A DNA stretch of 54,592 nt, filler included, from Streblomastix strix (lineage: Eukaryota), in assembly GCA_008636045.1 (NCBI GenBank). It is 2 parts of 2 records of this genome, joined end to end, with 100 filler letters (N's around TTAATTAATTAA, not from the genome) between each part and the next. Parts side by side here need not be neighbours in the genome. Positions count along the whole stretch, not along the records: positions 1 to 27,279 come from SNRW01000147.1; 1 more part is not named here. The stretch is one strand, 5' to 3'. The position numbers and the translations under genes are program-made. Under the pieces are notes generated by a model that worked only from the letters and a program-made list of their open reading frames with translations, was not told where the DNA came from and searched no databases. Shown here in pieces: positions 1 through 12,282 of this stretch. Every line of letters starts with the position of its first letter. Position 1 is the first letter of the stretch.

Positions 1-625
1 CCAATTTCTTTTATTATTAATTATGAGTTTGATATATTGAATCAGAAGATTATGATTATTATATGTTCTATATCATATTATTATATCTGAAATATAAAAG
101 AAATAAAAATTGAAAAGATCATTATTATATATAGAAAATAATTAATTAATATTCATATATTCAAACCTAGTTTTTCCAAGATATTTGAATATAACAGGAA
201 GATGTCTCTCAAATGAACGACAGAATATTTTCAATGAAGAATGTGAATAAGTATGAAATGAGGATTATTGCTAATTTAATGGAGTAATATTATTATATTA
301 AGAATAAGGTTTTGGTATCGTGTAAGCTAAATTAGAATAAAAACAAAAATAAATAATAAAACATTGCATTTCCTAAGTCCAGGTATATTTATAAATGTTG
401 TTGCTTAATTTAAATCATTTAATATTACTAATTTAACATAAAAATAATTTAAATTAAAAAAATTTAATATAATAAAGCATGAATATCAAGCTGGAAGAAA
501 ATAATGTTATTTTACCAAATTTCGTATTATAAAACCTTTGATTGCTTTATTATGGTTAAAATTATAAATCAAATTTTCATAATTAACCAAAAGTTTGTTA
601 ATTCATATCTAAAATATCTTTTATT

Positions 626-1375
626 AATCAAAATTTTTAAGAAAAAATAGAAAGTTAGGCTTTTGAGCAAAAATACGCCCGCTAAGGGGATCGAACCCTT
701 GACCGTCAGATTAAGAGTCTGACGCTCTACCGTACTGAGCTAAGCGGGCTGATTTCAAGTTAAAAAGACCTCACAAACACTATTAGTCTGTGTAATTATT
801 GTAATTGTTCCATGGATTTCTCGAAGTTCAACCATCATTCTTAAACTATTTCCAACATTGGATCATCAATAAGCAACCATACAGGGAATGTAATATTGTA
901 TGCATATGATTATATTATTTATAAATATGTACTTAAAATGAAAATAGTCATTAATCAAACTTACATAATCCAAATTGTTGAATAAACAAACAATAACATA
1001 AATTTTGTTTAAAAGTCTTATAAAAATGTCAAAATTATTTTATAATAATATTTATTCAATCATCCAACAATTTTAAATTATTTCAATCATTTAAATATTA
1101 TTTCAAATCAATTCAAGCAACTTCAGCACGATTTAACATTGAAAAAGAAAAACTCATTTATTATACGAAACATTTAATATTAAGTAATTATTTTATTAGA
1201 TTAATATTAGGCTTATTTTACTGATCTATATCTAATGCTTTGTTTATTTTCATTTTTTCTGGTTGGTAGATGCAAGATTAAATTGAATCTCTGCCAATTG
1301 AATAAAAAGTTGCCTTTGTTCGTGGTGCAGATATGTGGCATTCAGGAAGCATAAATATTGATGGTAAGCACATAA
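626..1375. repeat. Left arm of ~750 bp inverted duplication (partner 4735-5488)
   Basis: Reverse complement matches 4735-5488 from aatcaaaatttttaagaaaaaatagaaag to ggtaagcacataa, with scattered substitutions and small indels. Contains the tRNA, the GH3 upstream region and its first ~35 codons. Confidence 0.95.
676..749 (-). tRNA. tRNA-Lys (anticodon CTT)
   Basis: Reverse complement GCCCGCTTAGCTCAGTACGGTAGAGCGTCAGACTCTTAATCTGACGGTCAAGGGTTCGATCCCCTTAGCGGGCG: acceptor stem GCCCGCT/AGCGGGC, anticodon arm TCAGA-CT-CTT-AA-TCTGA, GTTCGATCC T-loop, downstream T-run. Confidence 0.97.
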
Positions 1376-4300
1376 CTCCATTACTGATGACGGATGGACC
1401 ACATGGATTGCGACTTGCAGACGAAGAATACAGAAAGAAAACAGGAGAATCAACAAGAAGGGCAACTGCCTTTCCACCTGCTGTAACACAAGCATGTGGA
1501 TGGAGTGAATAACTGTCATATCGAATAGGAAGAGCGATTGGTGAAGAATGTGTTGCTAACGGAGTAGGAATGATACTTGGACCTGGAATCAATATTAAAA
1601 GAGATCCTCGAAATGGACGAAACTTCGAATATTTCTCTGAAGATCCATTTTTATCAGGAGAACTTGGATCTTCATTTGTTCTTGGAGTTTAGAGTTGTGG
1701 AGTTGCATCTTGTGTTAAACATTTTGCAGTCAACAACTAAGAAAGTTGGAGAATGGGAATTAATTCAATTATTGATGAAAGATCATTATTTGATATTTAT
1801 CTTCGAGGATTTGAAAGAGTAATATAAAAAGGGAAAACATCATCTATTATGAGCAGTTATAATAAACTGAATGGAATATTAAATAGTTAGAATAAACGAC
1901 TTTTGAAAGATATTCTTCGTGATCAATTTGAATTTGTCGGAATGGTTGTAAGTGATTGGGGAGCTGTTTATTAGAGATGTGAAGGATTAATTGCTGGATT
2001 AGATTTAGAAATGCCTTCAAGTGGGAAAATGAATGATTATGAAATCCTTGAAGCTCTTAAAGTTGAATCCGAATAATTGAATAAATCAGGATTATAAAAA
2101 TCAGGATGTCTTGAATGTGCATTAAATGAATCATGCAGAAATGTATTGAAACTTGTTATTGATCATAATCTTGATTCATCTTCATTTAAGGATAAACTAG
2201 TAGAATGTGATTATGAATCTCATCATTCACTTGCAGTAGAAGTTGCAACAAAGAGTATTGTTCTTTTGAAGAACACTAACAATTCACTTCCAATTATTAT
2301 TCATTAATAATCTTCTTCTCAATCAAACACTGGAATACCAACAGTTTTAGTTATTGGAGAAATGGGAATAAATAAAAACAGGATTAGAATTTAAGGAGGA
2401 GGAAGTTCATTTGTGAATGCGCGGGTTGTTATTCCATTTATTGATGCACTTTGTCTTCTTGGTGATCAATTTGGATAATAAAAAGAAGATTGGGTAGAAT
2501 TTACTTAAGGATATGATATGAGTGATCATGATGAGATGATGAAGGAATTGATGCCAAAAGAATAATTGAATAAAGATAACATCAAAAGAGAAGGAGAAAA
2601 AGAAAAAGAATCAAGTAAATCTTCAGAAGGAGAATAGCTTAATTTGCGTACCATTTCCAGATGCTAGCAAATACTCATTGATTAAGCTGTATAACTTGCA
2701 AAGAAAAGTTCTTCATAGAATATTATTGTCTTTTTAGGATTACCAGAAATTCTTGATATGGAAGGTAGAGATAGAAATCATTTATAAATACCATCATGTC
2801 ACATTAAATTACTTAAATCAATATATTAAGCATTGAGAAACAAAACAGAAGGAGAAGAAGAAGATGAACAAAGAAGAAAGAAGATTATTGTTGTATTGAG
2901 TTGTGGAGGTGTTGTAGAAGTGAGAGAATGGATTAATTGGTGTGATGCACTCATTTGTTGTCATCTTGCTGGAGAAGGAGCAGGTGAAGCTCTTGTGAAT
3001 GTCATGTTCTCTGAAGAAGATCATCAATCGAAGACTTCAGATGAAGAATCTCATTAACACAAATAATTCAGATTTGCTTCTCCAAGTGGAAAATTAGCTG
3101 AAACATGGCCAGTTTCATTATATCATTCACCTTCATTTAGACATTTCCCAAGTGGACCACGTGAAGTCACATATAATGAGAGCTTATTTGTTGGATATCG
3201 ATACTTTGATACGTTAGCAACACGCACCAGAACAAAAATTGGAGATTAAAATGATGTTGTTTAATTCCCATTTGGCTTTGGCCTGAGTTATACCAACTTT
3301 GAATACAGTGAGCTGGAAGTAACTGTTAAAAAGAAATCAAATGAAGCAAAAACTCAATCTTCATCATCTTCAGATTAGAATGAATTTGATGAAGATAGTT
3401 TATATGTTGAAGCATAATTGACAATTACAAATACTGGTGCAATGATAGGTGAAGAAATAGTGCAGTTGTATGTAGAACGTGGAAATATAACATCTCTTTT
3501 AAGTGTTGGATTTGAAGGAATGAGCCAAAATGAATCAAAAGATACAAAATATATTCCAATTAATATTGCTCCATCTTCACATTCATCTAATCTTCTTCAT
3601 TAATATCATCCAAAACATGAACTTTTAACATTCACTCGAGTTGGACCAATTGGGCCTGGAGAGAAGAAACGTGTTATTCTTCATTTCCCAGTTTCACGTT
3701 TATCTTTTTTCCATCCAATTATTTCTCCACTTTTGGGTACAACTGCTAAATTTCTTCGAGAATAGAATAAGAAAAAAGAAGGATTATTGAATACATTAAA
3801 TATCAGACTTCCTGCACGTGTTCTTGGAGTTGGGAATTACACGATTGAGATTGGAAGCAACTCTCGGGATATTAGGCTACAATCTGATATTGTTATTAAT
3901 CCTGAGGTTATTGCATAGCCTATCAAAGATCCAGTTTTAGAAGAGACATAAAAACCATTGGAATTTGTTTCTTTATTACGAACTACAGAAGAAGAACTTA
4001 TTGCTCATAGTTCATTGGGATTCTATGGATCATTTACTGATAATGAATTTCCTGATTAAGAGTTTGCAAAGATTTTCAAGATAAGTAGTGAAGAAGAATA
4101 GAAAAGTTTGATTTTTGTTTCTCATGAAAAGACTGAGCAAAACTCTTCTGATTTGAATGTGAAAGTTGTCTGCACTCAGAAGAATAACAATTTCATTACA
4201 ATTTAAGTAGAAATTGAAAACAATGAATAGGTAAGTGAGGATTAATAGAATACAATTGTGCTCAAAAGACGTGGATCCGAATTCTTTCAAGGCAACGAAT

Positions 4301-4608
4301 CACTGAAATAAGGTGATTTTTCTTTAACAACTCCCTTAGGTTTGATAAAAGATTCTTTTCTTATTAAAATGCTTGCAAGTGTTACTCGTATTGGGGCAAA
4401 ACAATAACTTAAATAATTCTGTAATGATAGTTTGGTACTTGATGTATTATCCCAATGTGTAGTTGATAATCTTCCTTTGAATGCCTTAGCAACAAATTCT
4501 CAAGGATAAGTATCACGTGCTGCACTACAGAAACTTGTAGATAAGCTTAATGGTCAGGGAAGCACATTTGGTTTTATTCGCGAACTCATTCGGAAAGCCC
4601 CTAAATGA
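1270..4608 (+). CDS. Glycoside hydrolase family 3 beta-glucosidase (BglX-like), intronless, 1112 aa with TAR=Gln
   Basis: One open frame ATG(1270) to TGA(4606-4608) when TAA/TAG=Gln. GH3 motifs TDGPHGLR, GPGINIKRDPRNGRNFEYFSEDP, KHFAVNNQE, MSSYNKLNG, VVSDWGA (nucleophile Asp 1954-1956), QGGGSS, EGRDR, PSGKLAETWP, FVGYRYFD, FPFGFGLSYT, then an Fn3-like C-terminal part. Confidence 0.95.
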
Positions 4609-4696
4609 ATAATTGATTTAATATTTTGTACTTGTTAATAAATAGTTAATTGAATAAAATTATGTCGCAAGTAGAAAAACTATTACTCTTGTTGAT

Positions 4697-4840
4697 TCAT
4701 AAAACATTATGCCTATCTAACATAACAAATAGCATTATGTGCTTACCATCAATATTTATGCTTCCTGAATGCCACATATCTGCACCACGAACAAAGGCAA
4801 CTTTTTATTCAATTGGCAGAGATTTAATTTAATCTTGCAT
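4697..4840 (-). pseudogene. Truncated inverted copy of the GH3 5' end
   Basis: Reads MQDQIKSLPIEQKVAFVRGADMWHSGSINIDGKHI, then 12 unrelated codons to a TGA at 4697-4699. Confidence 0.85.
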
Positions 4841-5488
4841 TTATCTATCAACCAGAAAAAATGAAAATAAACAAAGCATAGTATGTTGACTAATAATATA
4901 AACCTAATATCAATATAATAAAATAATTAGTTAATATTAAATATGTCGTATAATAAATGAGTTTTTCTTTTTCAATGTTAAATCGTGCTGAAGTTGCTTG
5001 AATTGATTTGAAATAATATTTAAATGATTGAAATAATCTTAATTTTTTGGATGATTGAATAGATATTATTATAAAATAATTATGATATTTTTATAAGACT
5101 TTTAAACAAAATTTATGTTATTGTTTGTTTTCTCAGCAAATTGGTAAATGTAAGTTTGATTAATGATTATTTTCATTTCAAGTACATATTTATAAATAAT
5201 ATAATCGTATGCATACAATATTATATTTCCTGTATGATTGTTTATTGATGATCCAATGTTGGAAATAGATTAAGAATGATGGTTGAACTTCGAGAAATCC
5301 ATGGAACAATCATAATAATTACACAGACTAATAGTGTTTGTGAGGTCTTTTTAGCTTGAAATCAGCCCGCTTAGCTCAGTACGGTAGAGCGTCAGACTCT
5401 TAATCTGACGGTCAAGGGTTCGATCCCCTTAGCGGGCGTATTTTTGCTCAAAAGCCTAACTTTCTATTTTTTCTTAAAGTTTTTGATT
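4735..5488. repeat. Right arm of inverted duplication (partner 626-1375)
   Basis: Reverse-complement match to 626-1375. Confidence 0.95.
5365..5438 (+). tRNA. tRNA-Lys (anticodon CTT), second copy
   Basis: Same 74 nt as 676-749, followed by tattttt (Pol III terminator-like). Confidence 0.97.
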
Positions 5489-5845
5489 TATTTTAATCGG
5501 TTCTGATTCTTAATTTATATACTTTAACAGATAAATAATAAATTATAAGTATAATTTTAAAAGGCTTTCTTGGGATGTTATAAATCGTTAAAAATATTTA
5601 TAAATTTAAATCTATGAACTATTCCATAACCGAATTGAGTTTTTATAAGTACATAATTAAATTTGTTATTTTTTGTAACATAATAATTGAAAATTATATT
5701 AATTAAAAATATTATTTTATTGTTATGCCACAGTTCCTCCAGGAAATTAATATTTCCATTAATTTTTAATTTTCTTAGCCATTAGAATACATTTATATTT
5801 TCATATTTTTAATTTTATTTTTAATTTTAAAGAATCACAAATATT

Positions 5846-8800
5846 ATGACAGAAAAGGGTGAATTATATGAAGTAACTGCTGACTTCTCAGGCAAAGTTG
5901 GTGATCCCCAATTCCTTCCAGTATCTAAAGGTGATATTATTCATGTGCTCAAAAAAGAAACTGGATGGTTTATAGTTGAGAAAAAAGTGAATGGGAAAGT
6001 ACCTCAAAAAATCCTTCGTCCATATACATTAACTCTTCCATTAACTAAAACTAAAGCAAATTCTCCTTAATAAGGTTTAAAGATTTCAAAATCAACAAAT
6101 ATAATTTAGAATACACCAAATTCAAAAAAGATCATTTAAATAAATCCCATATCAAAATTGAATTCATCTTCTGCTAAAAAAATTTCATCTTAATCTCTTA
6201 TTCCAAACATAATAAATAGAATTTAACCCAAAGAAGCTAAACAAAATTCATTACCAATCCCGAAATAAGAAAAATTAAATATTCAATAGGAACCAAGTGT
6301 AAATTAAACAATTGCATAATCTTTAAATTTGACTCTAGATACTTCTTCTTAAAATTTATAATAAGATTATACACCAAAATTCGAGGAATGTGTGCATTTT
6401 TTATTTTATGAACAAAAACAAATTATTTATCATAATTTTATTTACAATCGAGATTCTTAAAAGACTTGTCGGAGGTATGATGGGAAAGACATATCTTGTG
6501 AGACACAACAAACTTAATACACTTTTTGTAATGAAGAGAGTAGATTATCTTGATGATCATGAGAAAAAATTTGCATTGGAAGAAGTTGAGCAGATGAGGA
6601 GGCTTTCTTCATAATATACAGTAAATATAATTTTTTAATATTTAATTTCACTAATTTTATTTTTTATTCATTCTTTATATTAAATATTTGTATTTTTGTT
6701 TAATATTTTATTTATTAGGTTCGTTTGATTTGGACATTCCCTCGCGATACAGATTTGTGCTTGATTTAAGAATTTTGTAGTGGTGGTGATTTGCGAAATT
6801 CCATTGCAGAACTTTAGAAAATATCTGAAGAAGAACGACTGAATGTTTGTTACAAATATTTATTATTTATTCTATCATTAAAATATTGATAATTATTGAT
6901 TTTTATTAGCACGTTTGGGAATTATTTGCTTAAATTATACTTGCATTGAATCATCTCCATTCTCATAATGTATTACATCGGTTTGAGCTCAATACTTTAA
7001 TTATTGATTTTTTTCACGCTTTTTTCTTTTATAATTTAAAATATTAATTTTAGAGACATAAAACCTGCAAATATCTTTATTATGGAAGATGGTACTGCAA
7101 GACTGGGTATGTAAAAGTATTCCAATATAAATTTTAATTATTTTTTTTATAATTAATATATATTACAGGAGACTTCGGATTAGCAAAAGATCTTAAAGAT
7201 ACATATAACGCAACAATGGCTGGGACAAAGTTTATTTTTATTTAAATAAATTTTTCATTATTATTAAATTCATTAATAGATTTTATATGGCACCCGAAGT
7301 ATTACTGTAAAAGACGTATGTAAATCTTAATTTAACTGAAATTAATTTTGAAATTATTATTTATAATTTTATATTTATTAGAATGGGTTTCAATGCAGAT
7401 GTTTATGCAGTTGGCATTGTGATCTGCGAACTTTTGACTGGAAAGCATCTGTTTCTTATGGATACAGAATTTGCTACTATTGCAAATATAATTGAAGGTA
7501 AAACAGTTGTATTACCTGATTGGGTACCACCTGAAATGAAAAAAATAATTTTACGGATGATTAATTCTGTATGGTTATTTATTATTATTTGTTATTAAAT
7601 TATTATTTTGTTTTATTAAATAATTTTCATAATAAAGGACTAATTAAAACGACCAACAACCAAAGAATTGATGGAGGATGAAAAATTAAAAATTTATATT
7701 AAAATCCAAGAATAAAAATTGAATGAAATTAAGGATAACAATCTAGCCAATCAAGGGTTTAAGTAATCAACTATTCAACACAAATATGAAGATTGTATGA
7801 AATAAATAGTTTTATTAAATAAATAACAAAGGATTCATTTTGAATTTTATATATCTCTTAGATGAGTTCGTTGATGAACTTTCAAGCGGTGCATTTGGAA
7901 GAATTATTGTTATGAAACTGAAAATAACAGGTCAAATTTATGTAATCAAACGAGTACCATATGTAAGATCAAATGCGAAATAGGCAGCTGATAATGAAGT
8001 TGCTATGCTGAAGTCAGCACACTCTAAATATACATTGAGTTTGATTGAAACTTTTCCACACGACCTTGACTTATGTATAGTAATGGAATATTGTTCTGGT
8101 GGTAATTTGAGGATGCAAATATAATAAATGAGAAATTTATCTAACTGAGAAAGAATAAAAGTTTGAATAATGAAAATTCTAACAATTTTTTATTTTTGAA
8201 TCTTTTTTATTTTTATTATTAATTTAGAAAAGTTTGAAATATATGTTCCAAATTTTAAAAGGAATTTAGCATCTACATTAACTCGACATCATACATCGAG
8301 ACTTAAAACCAGAAAATGTATTAATTGACAAGAATGGAAATGCAAAATTAAGTTATCAATTTATTAGTTTTATTATATGAATATTAATAATAAATATTTC
8401 ATTTATTTATTATAATTTTATATTTGAAATTAATAAAGGTGATTTTGGATTAACTTTGAGCATAGCAGACAAAAGTTATGCTACTTTTGTGGGGTCAAAG
8501 TATTGTTATTAATAAATAATTATTTTATTATTAATTAACAAATACGCATGGATTATATATTTTAATTATTATTTATATTACTGTAGAGTTTATTCACCTC
8601 CAGAGGCACATATAGAAAAAAAGTAAAGAATAAATACTTATATATATATATTGAACAATTAATTAAACTTTATTATTTATATTATTTTAAGAATGACAAA
8701 AGAAAGCGACATTTGGGCAGCTGGCATTATCATAATAGAGATTATTACAGGTGTTCATCCTTTTGAAGGGAAAATGCAATAAGAAACAATAGATAATATC

Positions 8801-9011
8801 ATAACAGGTAAATATTTGCCATTTCCTGATTACATTTAAGGTGACTTGAAAGATATGCTTATAAGCATGATAAATACAGTTTGCTATTTTAATTTTTATA
8901 TTTTCAAATTTAATGTTTATATAGTACCCAAACTTAAGACCTTCAGCTGGTGAGATTTTAAATTCACTGTTAATGTAATAATAAGGAGATATTCAAAATG
9001 CAAATTAATGA
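5846..9011 (+). CDS. Multi-exon protein: N-terminal SH3 domain plus two tandem NEK-like Ser/Thr kinase domains
   Basis: SH3: YEVTADFSG...LPVSKGDIIHVLKKETGWF...GKVP. Kinase 1 (~6450-7690): VMKRV, EVEQM, HR/DIKPANI, G/DFGLAK, YMAPE, DVYAVG. Kinase 2 (~7860-8980): SGAFG, VIKRV, HRDLKPENV, DFG, YSPPE, DIWAAG. More than ten GT-AG introns. In-frame TGA at 8146-8148; terminal TGA 9009-9011. Confidence 0.88.
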
Positions 9012-10044
9012 AAAATCAATTAAATGAGTTCAAAAATAATTATATTCATATTCATCTTATCAATTTGATATTAAACTATTTCACTATTTTTTTCTATTTG
9101 AAATTATCTTATTCATCATTCTCTCATCAATTTAATATTCAATTATTTCACTCTTTTATTCTATTTGAGATTATCTTGTTCATATTCACCTTATCATTTA
9201 TAAATTAATTGATTTTAATTACTAAATAAATATGTATCAAGTTAAATTTCAATTCATTAAGTCTCTTAATACTAAAAGAGACCCTTCCAAGAACTGATAT
9301 ATAAGAAATTTATTATCTCACCTGAAGTTTTGGTAGACCTTTGCTACATTATTTCACAAACTAGCCAAAACTGTGCGTTTTTTTTTATGAAATTATGAAA
9401 TTTATTTTTTATTTTTTTTTATGTTAAATCAAAAGTTGCATGGGTAATATGGTAAAAATGGAGATTAAATGGAAATATGGTGATATATAGAATTCAAAAT
9501 TAAAAAGTTTTATTAGAAGAAGAAATGAAATATTATTTAAATTTTATGATGAAATAAATATATAATAATACTAATAATTAGTAAAACTTACTCCATTTAA
9601 AAGTATTGTAGATATTGAATTTTCATAAAAGAAACAGTTCAAAATTACAGTGGGAATAAATCAAACTTTCAATCGAATAAATCAAAGTTTTGCAAATGCA
9701 CTTTTTTCAAAATTATGAAAACTCACTTATATAATGTTACTAAACATCATATTACTATAACTTTTCAACTCGGGCATGTTCTCAAAATTTTCTTGGGTGA
9801 GGCAGTAAATCGATATTTAATATATTTATAGAATATTAGAAATGTGGTATAATAAATATGATAAACAATTAAAGTTATAAAGATATAATTTATATTTAAA
9901 TATGATTGAACAATAAAATTTAAAAAATTTCTATGATTCATGGAGATTTTCAACTTTTAAATTTTCATGCCCCATATCACCAATATTTTTTTAAATTTTT
10001 TTTATATAACATTAATCGAATTAAAATATAAATATTTATTATTA

Positions 10045-10483
10045 CAGTAAAATCCGGCTAATTCGCACTACCATCGGCGAAAAAAATGCGAGTGCGAATT
10101 AAGTTAATTCGCACTTTTATAAGTAAGAAATTCAAAGAATTTTTTTAAATTTCAAAAAAATAGCTATTTTTTCGATTTTTTTTAAAACTAAAAAAAAATC
10201 TTTGGATTTTTGAAAATTTTATGTATGATATTGTATAAACAGTAATTTATAATAATAAATTTTAAATACTCACTTTAAATATTAAAATTTTTCATAATTA
10301 ATTTAAGAAACAAAAATTATTTTTCTAAATTTGTTAGGTTTTAAGTGCGAATTATAAAATTTTTGTGCGAAATATCTATAAGAAATTATTAGAGAAACAG
10401 TGACATTTCCTAAAATAATATAATAGTGCGAATTATACATATGGTGCGAATTAGCCGGTGTGCGAATTAACCGGATTATACTG
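10045..10483. mobile_element. pogo/Tc1-mariner-type MITE (439 bp)
   Basis: TIRs CAGTAAAATCCGGCTAATTCGCAC ... GTGCGAATTAACCGGATTATACTG, TA on both flanks, several internal GTGCGAATTA repeats, no coding capacity. Confidence 0.9.
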
Positions 10484-10800
10484 TATTATTTTATTTATAT
10501 GTACTTTATATATTAAATTCTCTTCAAATGTTATTCATGATTGAAATATTAAAATTAATTATTGAAGGCTTTAAAACATTTCATTCTTCATGTGTTTGAT
10601 GAATTAAATATTGCGAATTTTATTTTAACTATATACTATAATAATATTTATGAATTGAAGTCAAATTCTCTATATTATTTTATATTTCTTTGAAATTAAT
10701 AAAATTTAGTAGGTTTTGTTTATCTAACAGTAATACTAATATTTTTATTAGTTTTAAAAAAATAATTATTTATACATAAAATTTAAATAAATATCACGTA

Positions 10801-11226
10801 AAACTTGAAGGAAGAGAGTCATCATTAATTTCACCTCCTTCAAAAAGTTGGGCGCAGAAATTTGTGAGCTTTCGAGATAAATTACATGCAAAAAACCCCG
10901 CTGAAGTTGAATTGACTCGCATCATCGCATCAAATCAATAGAATTTAGAAAACTATTTCAATATTCTTCATAATCTTTATACATTGCATCTATATCCAGC
11001 AGGATTAATAAAAAATACTGATGAAACATCTTTATTGATTAAGTTTTTCAATAATTGAATGTACAGAATTTGTTCTTCAAAAATAGATATAATATCACAA
11101 GCACCTGATCAACATATTCATTGAACAACTGCAGCATTTTGTGTATGTGCAGACGGGCAGCACTTCCAAACTGCTCTCATATTTTCAGAGTCTATGGATT
11201 TATAATATCCGTTCATTAATTAATGA
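10801..11226 (+). pseudogene. pogo/Tigger-type (CENP-B HTH + DDE_1) transposase fragment
   Basis: PSKSWAQKF (HTH end), LIKNTDETS (first catalytic Asp motif), TAAFCVCADG..FQTALIF. No intact N- or C-terminus; ends where the PolB fragment begins. Confidence 0.75.
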
Positions 11227-11264
11227 CAAAATGAACCTCATTGTTGTTTATTCATGATGAATTT

Positions 11265-12130
11265 AAGTCTTTCTCAAGCTAGTATCTTTGGATATTAATT
11301 GATTACTGTCATTTCCTTATCGATAATGTTAAAGAGATAGTTTTATTCAGCAAACATACCGCGTTCAAATCATTTGTAGAAGTGATGGCTGGGAAACGTT
11401 AATAAACGATGAGAGAGGGTAACTATGCAAAATAACTTTATTTCAAAAATATAGTGAATATTTCAAATGGGGCAGATCGATAAAACAATGAGAAATTTGA
11501 TAAGATTAGAATCTATAATAAACAATAAAATTTTCTAAATAATTGAATAAAGGTTTTACTAACACACGAAAGATTTGTGAAGACCGTTATTTAGTATCAA
11601 TTAATCCAGACACATTTTCTGCTCATAAGTGATTACAAGAAAGTATCTTCATATAAGATAATTCAAAATTCTGGTATTTGTGTTTCATTTACTTCTTCCA
11701 GTATAAGTATATTGAAATGAATCGTGTTCATTTTTGTCGTATGGATACTTATTCGATGTACCTAGCAATAAGAGGTTTAACTATCGAAGGATACAAACAG
11801 TAATTCAAACATGTAATTAAAGATTAATAGTTTTGGGATGATCATTATAAAGAGTGGCTTCCATTGGATGGTTGTTTAATCGCTGAAGAAAAGAAACTAC
11901 TTTGTTGTGTTTTCGAATCGTAAAGAGAAAGTATCATCTGTCCTGCTCCTAAATGTTACTCAACAATTGGTGATATATAAAACGGAGACGTTGTAGATGT
12001 CATAAGAATGAAAGGTGCGAATGAAAAGAATAGTGGTTTGACAAGAGATGACTACATTAATTGTATTGAAAATAATTCAAATATATCAGTTCCTTTTATT
12101 AAATTTAATTGAAAAATGGAGTTATATCTT
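11265..12130 (+). pseudogene. Protein-primed family B DNA polymerase, C-terminal (palm/thumb) fragment
   Basis: YLWILIDYCHF; KRQQ..REGN..KQLYFKNIVNISNG (region III, KxxxNSxYG, degenerate); HFCRMDTYSMY at ~11741 (DTDS motif mutated); CPAPKCY; IRMKG. Disrupted. Confidence 0.8.
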
Positions 12131-12282
12131 TGATAAAAAACAAAGTCTGCATTATGGGGAGTAGTTCATAAAATGATAGTGATTGATAGCGATATTTCCA
12201 AAGGTTATTCATATCCATGTGCACTTCAAATGATGAATGTTGATGCTTCTAGTTATCATTATGTTTGGTCTTTTCTAATTTT

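Noticed and set aside
676..749. Suppressor tRNA (TTA anticodon) explaining TAA=Gln
   Set aside because: The 7 nt loop CTCTTAA centres on CTT, and the body is typical tRNA-Lys.
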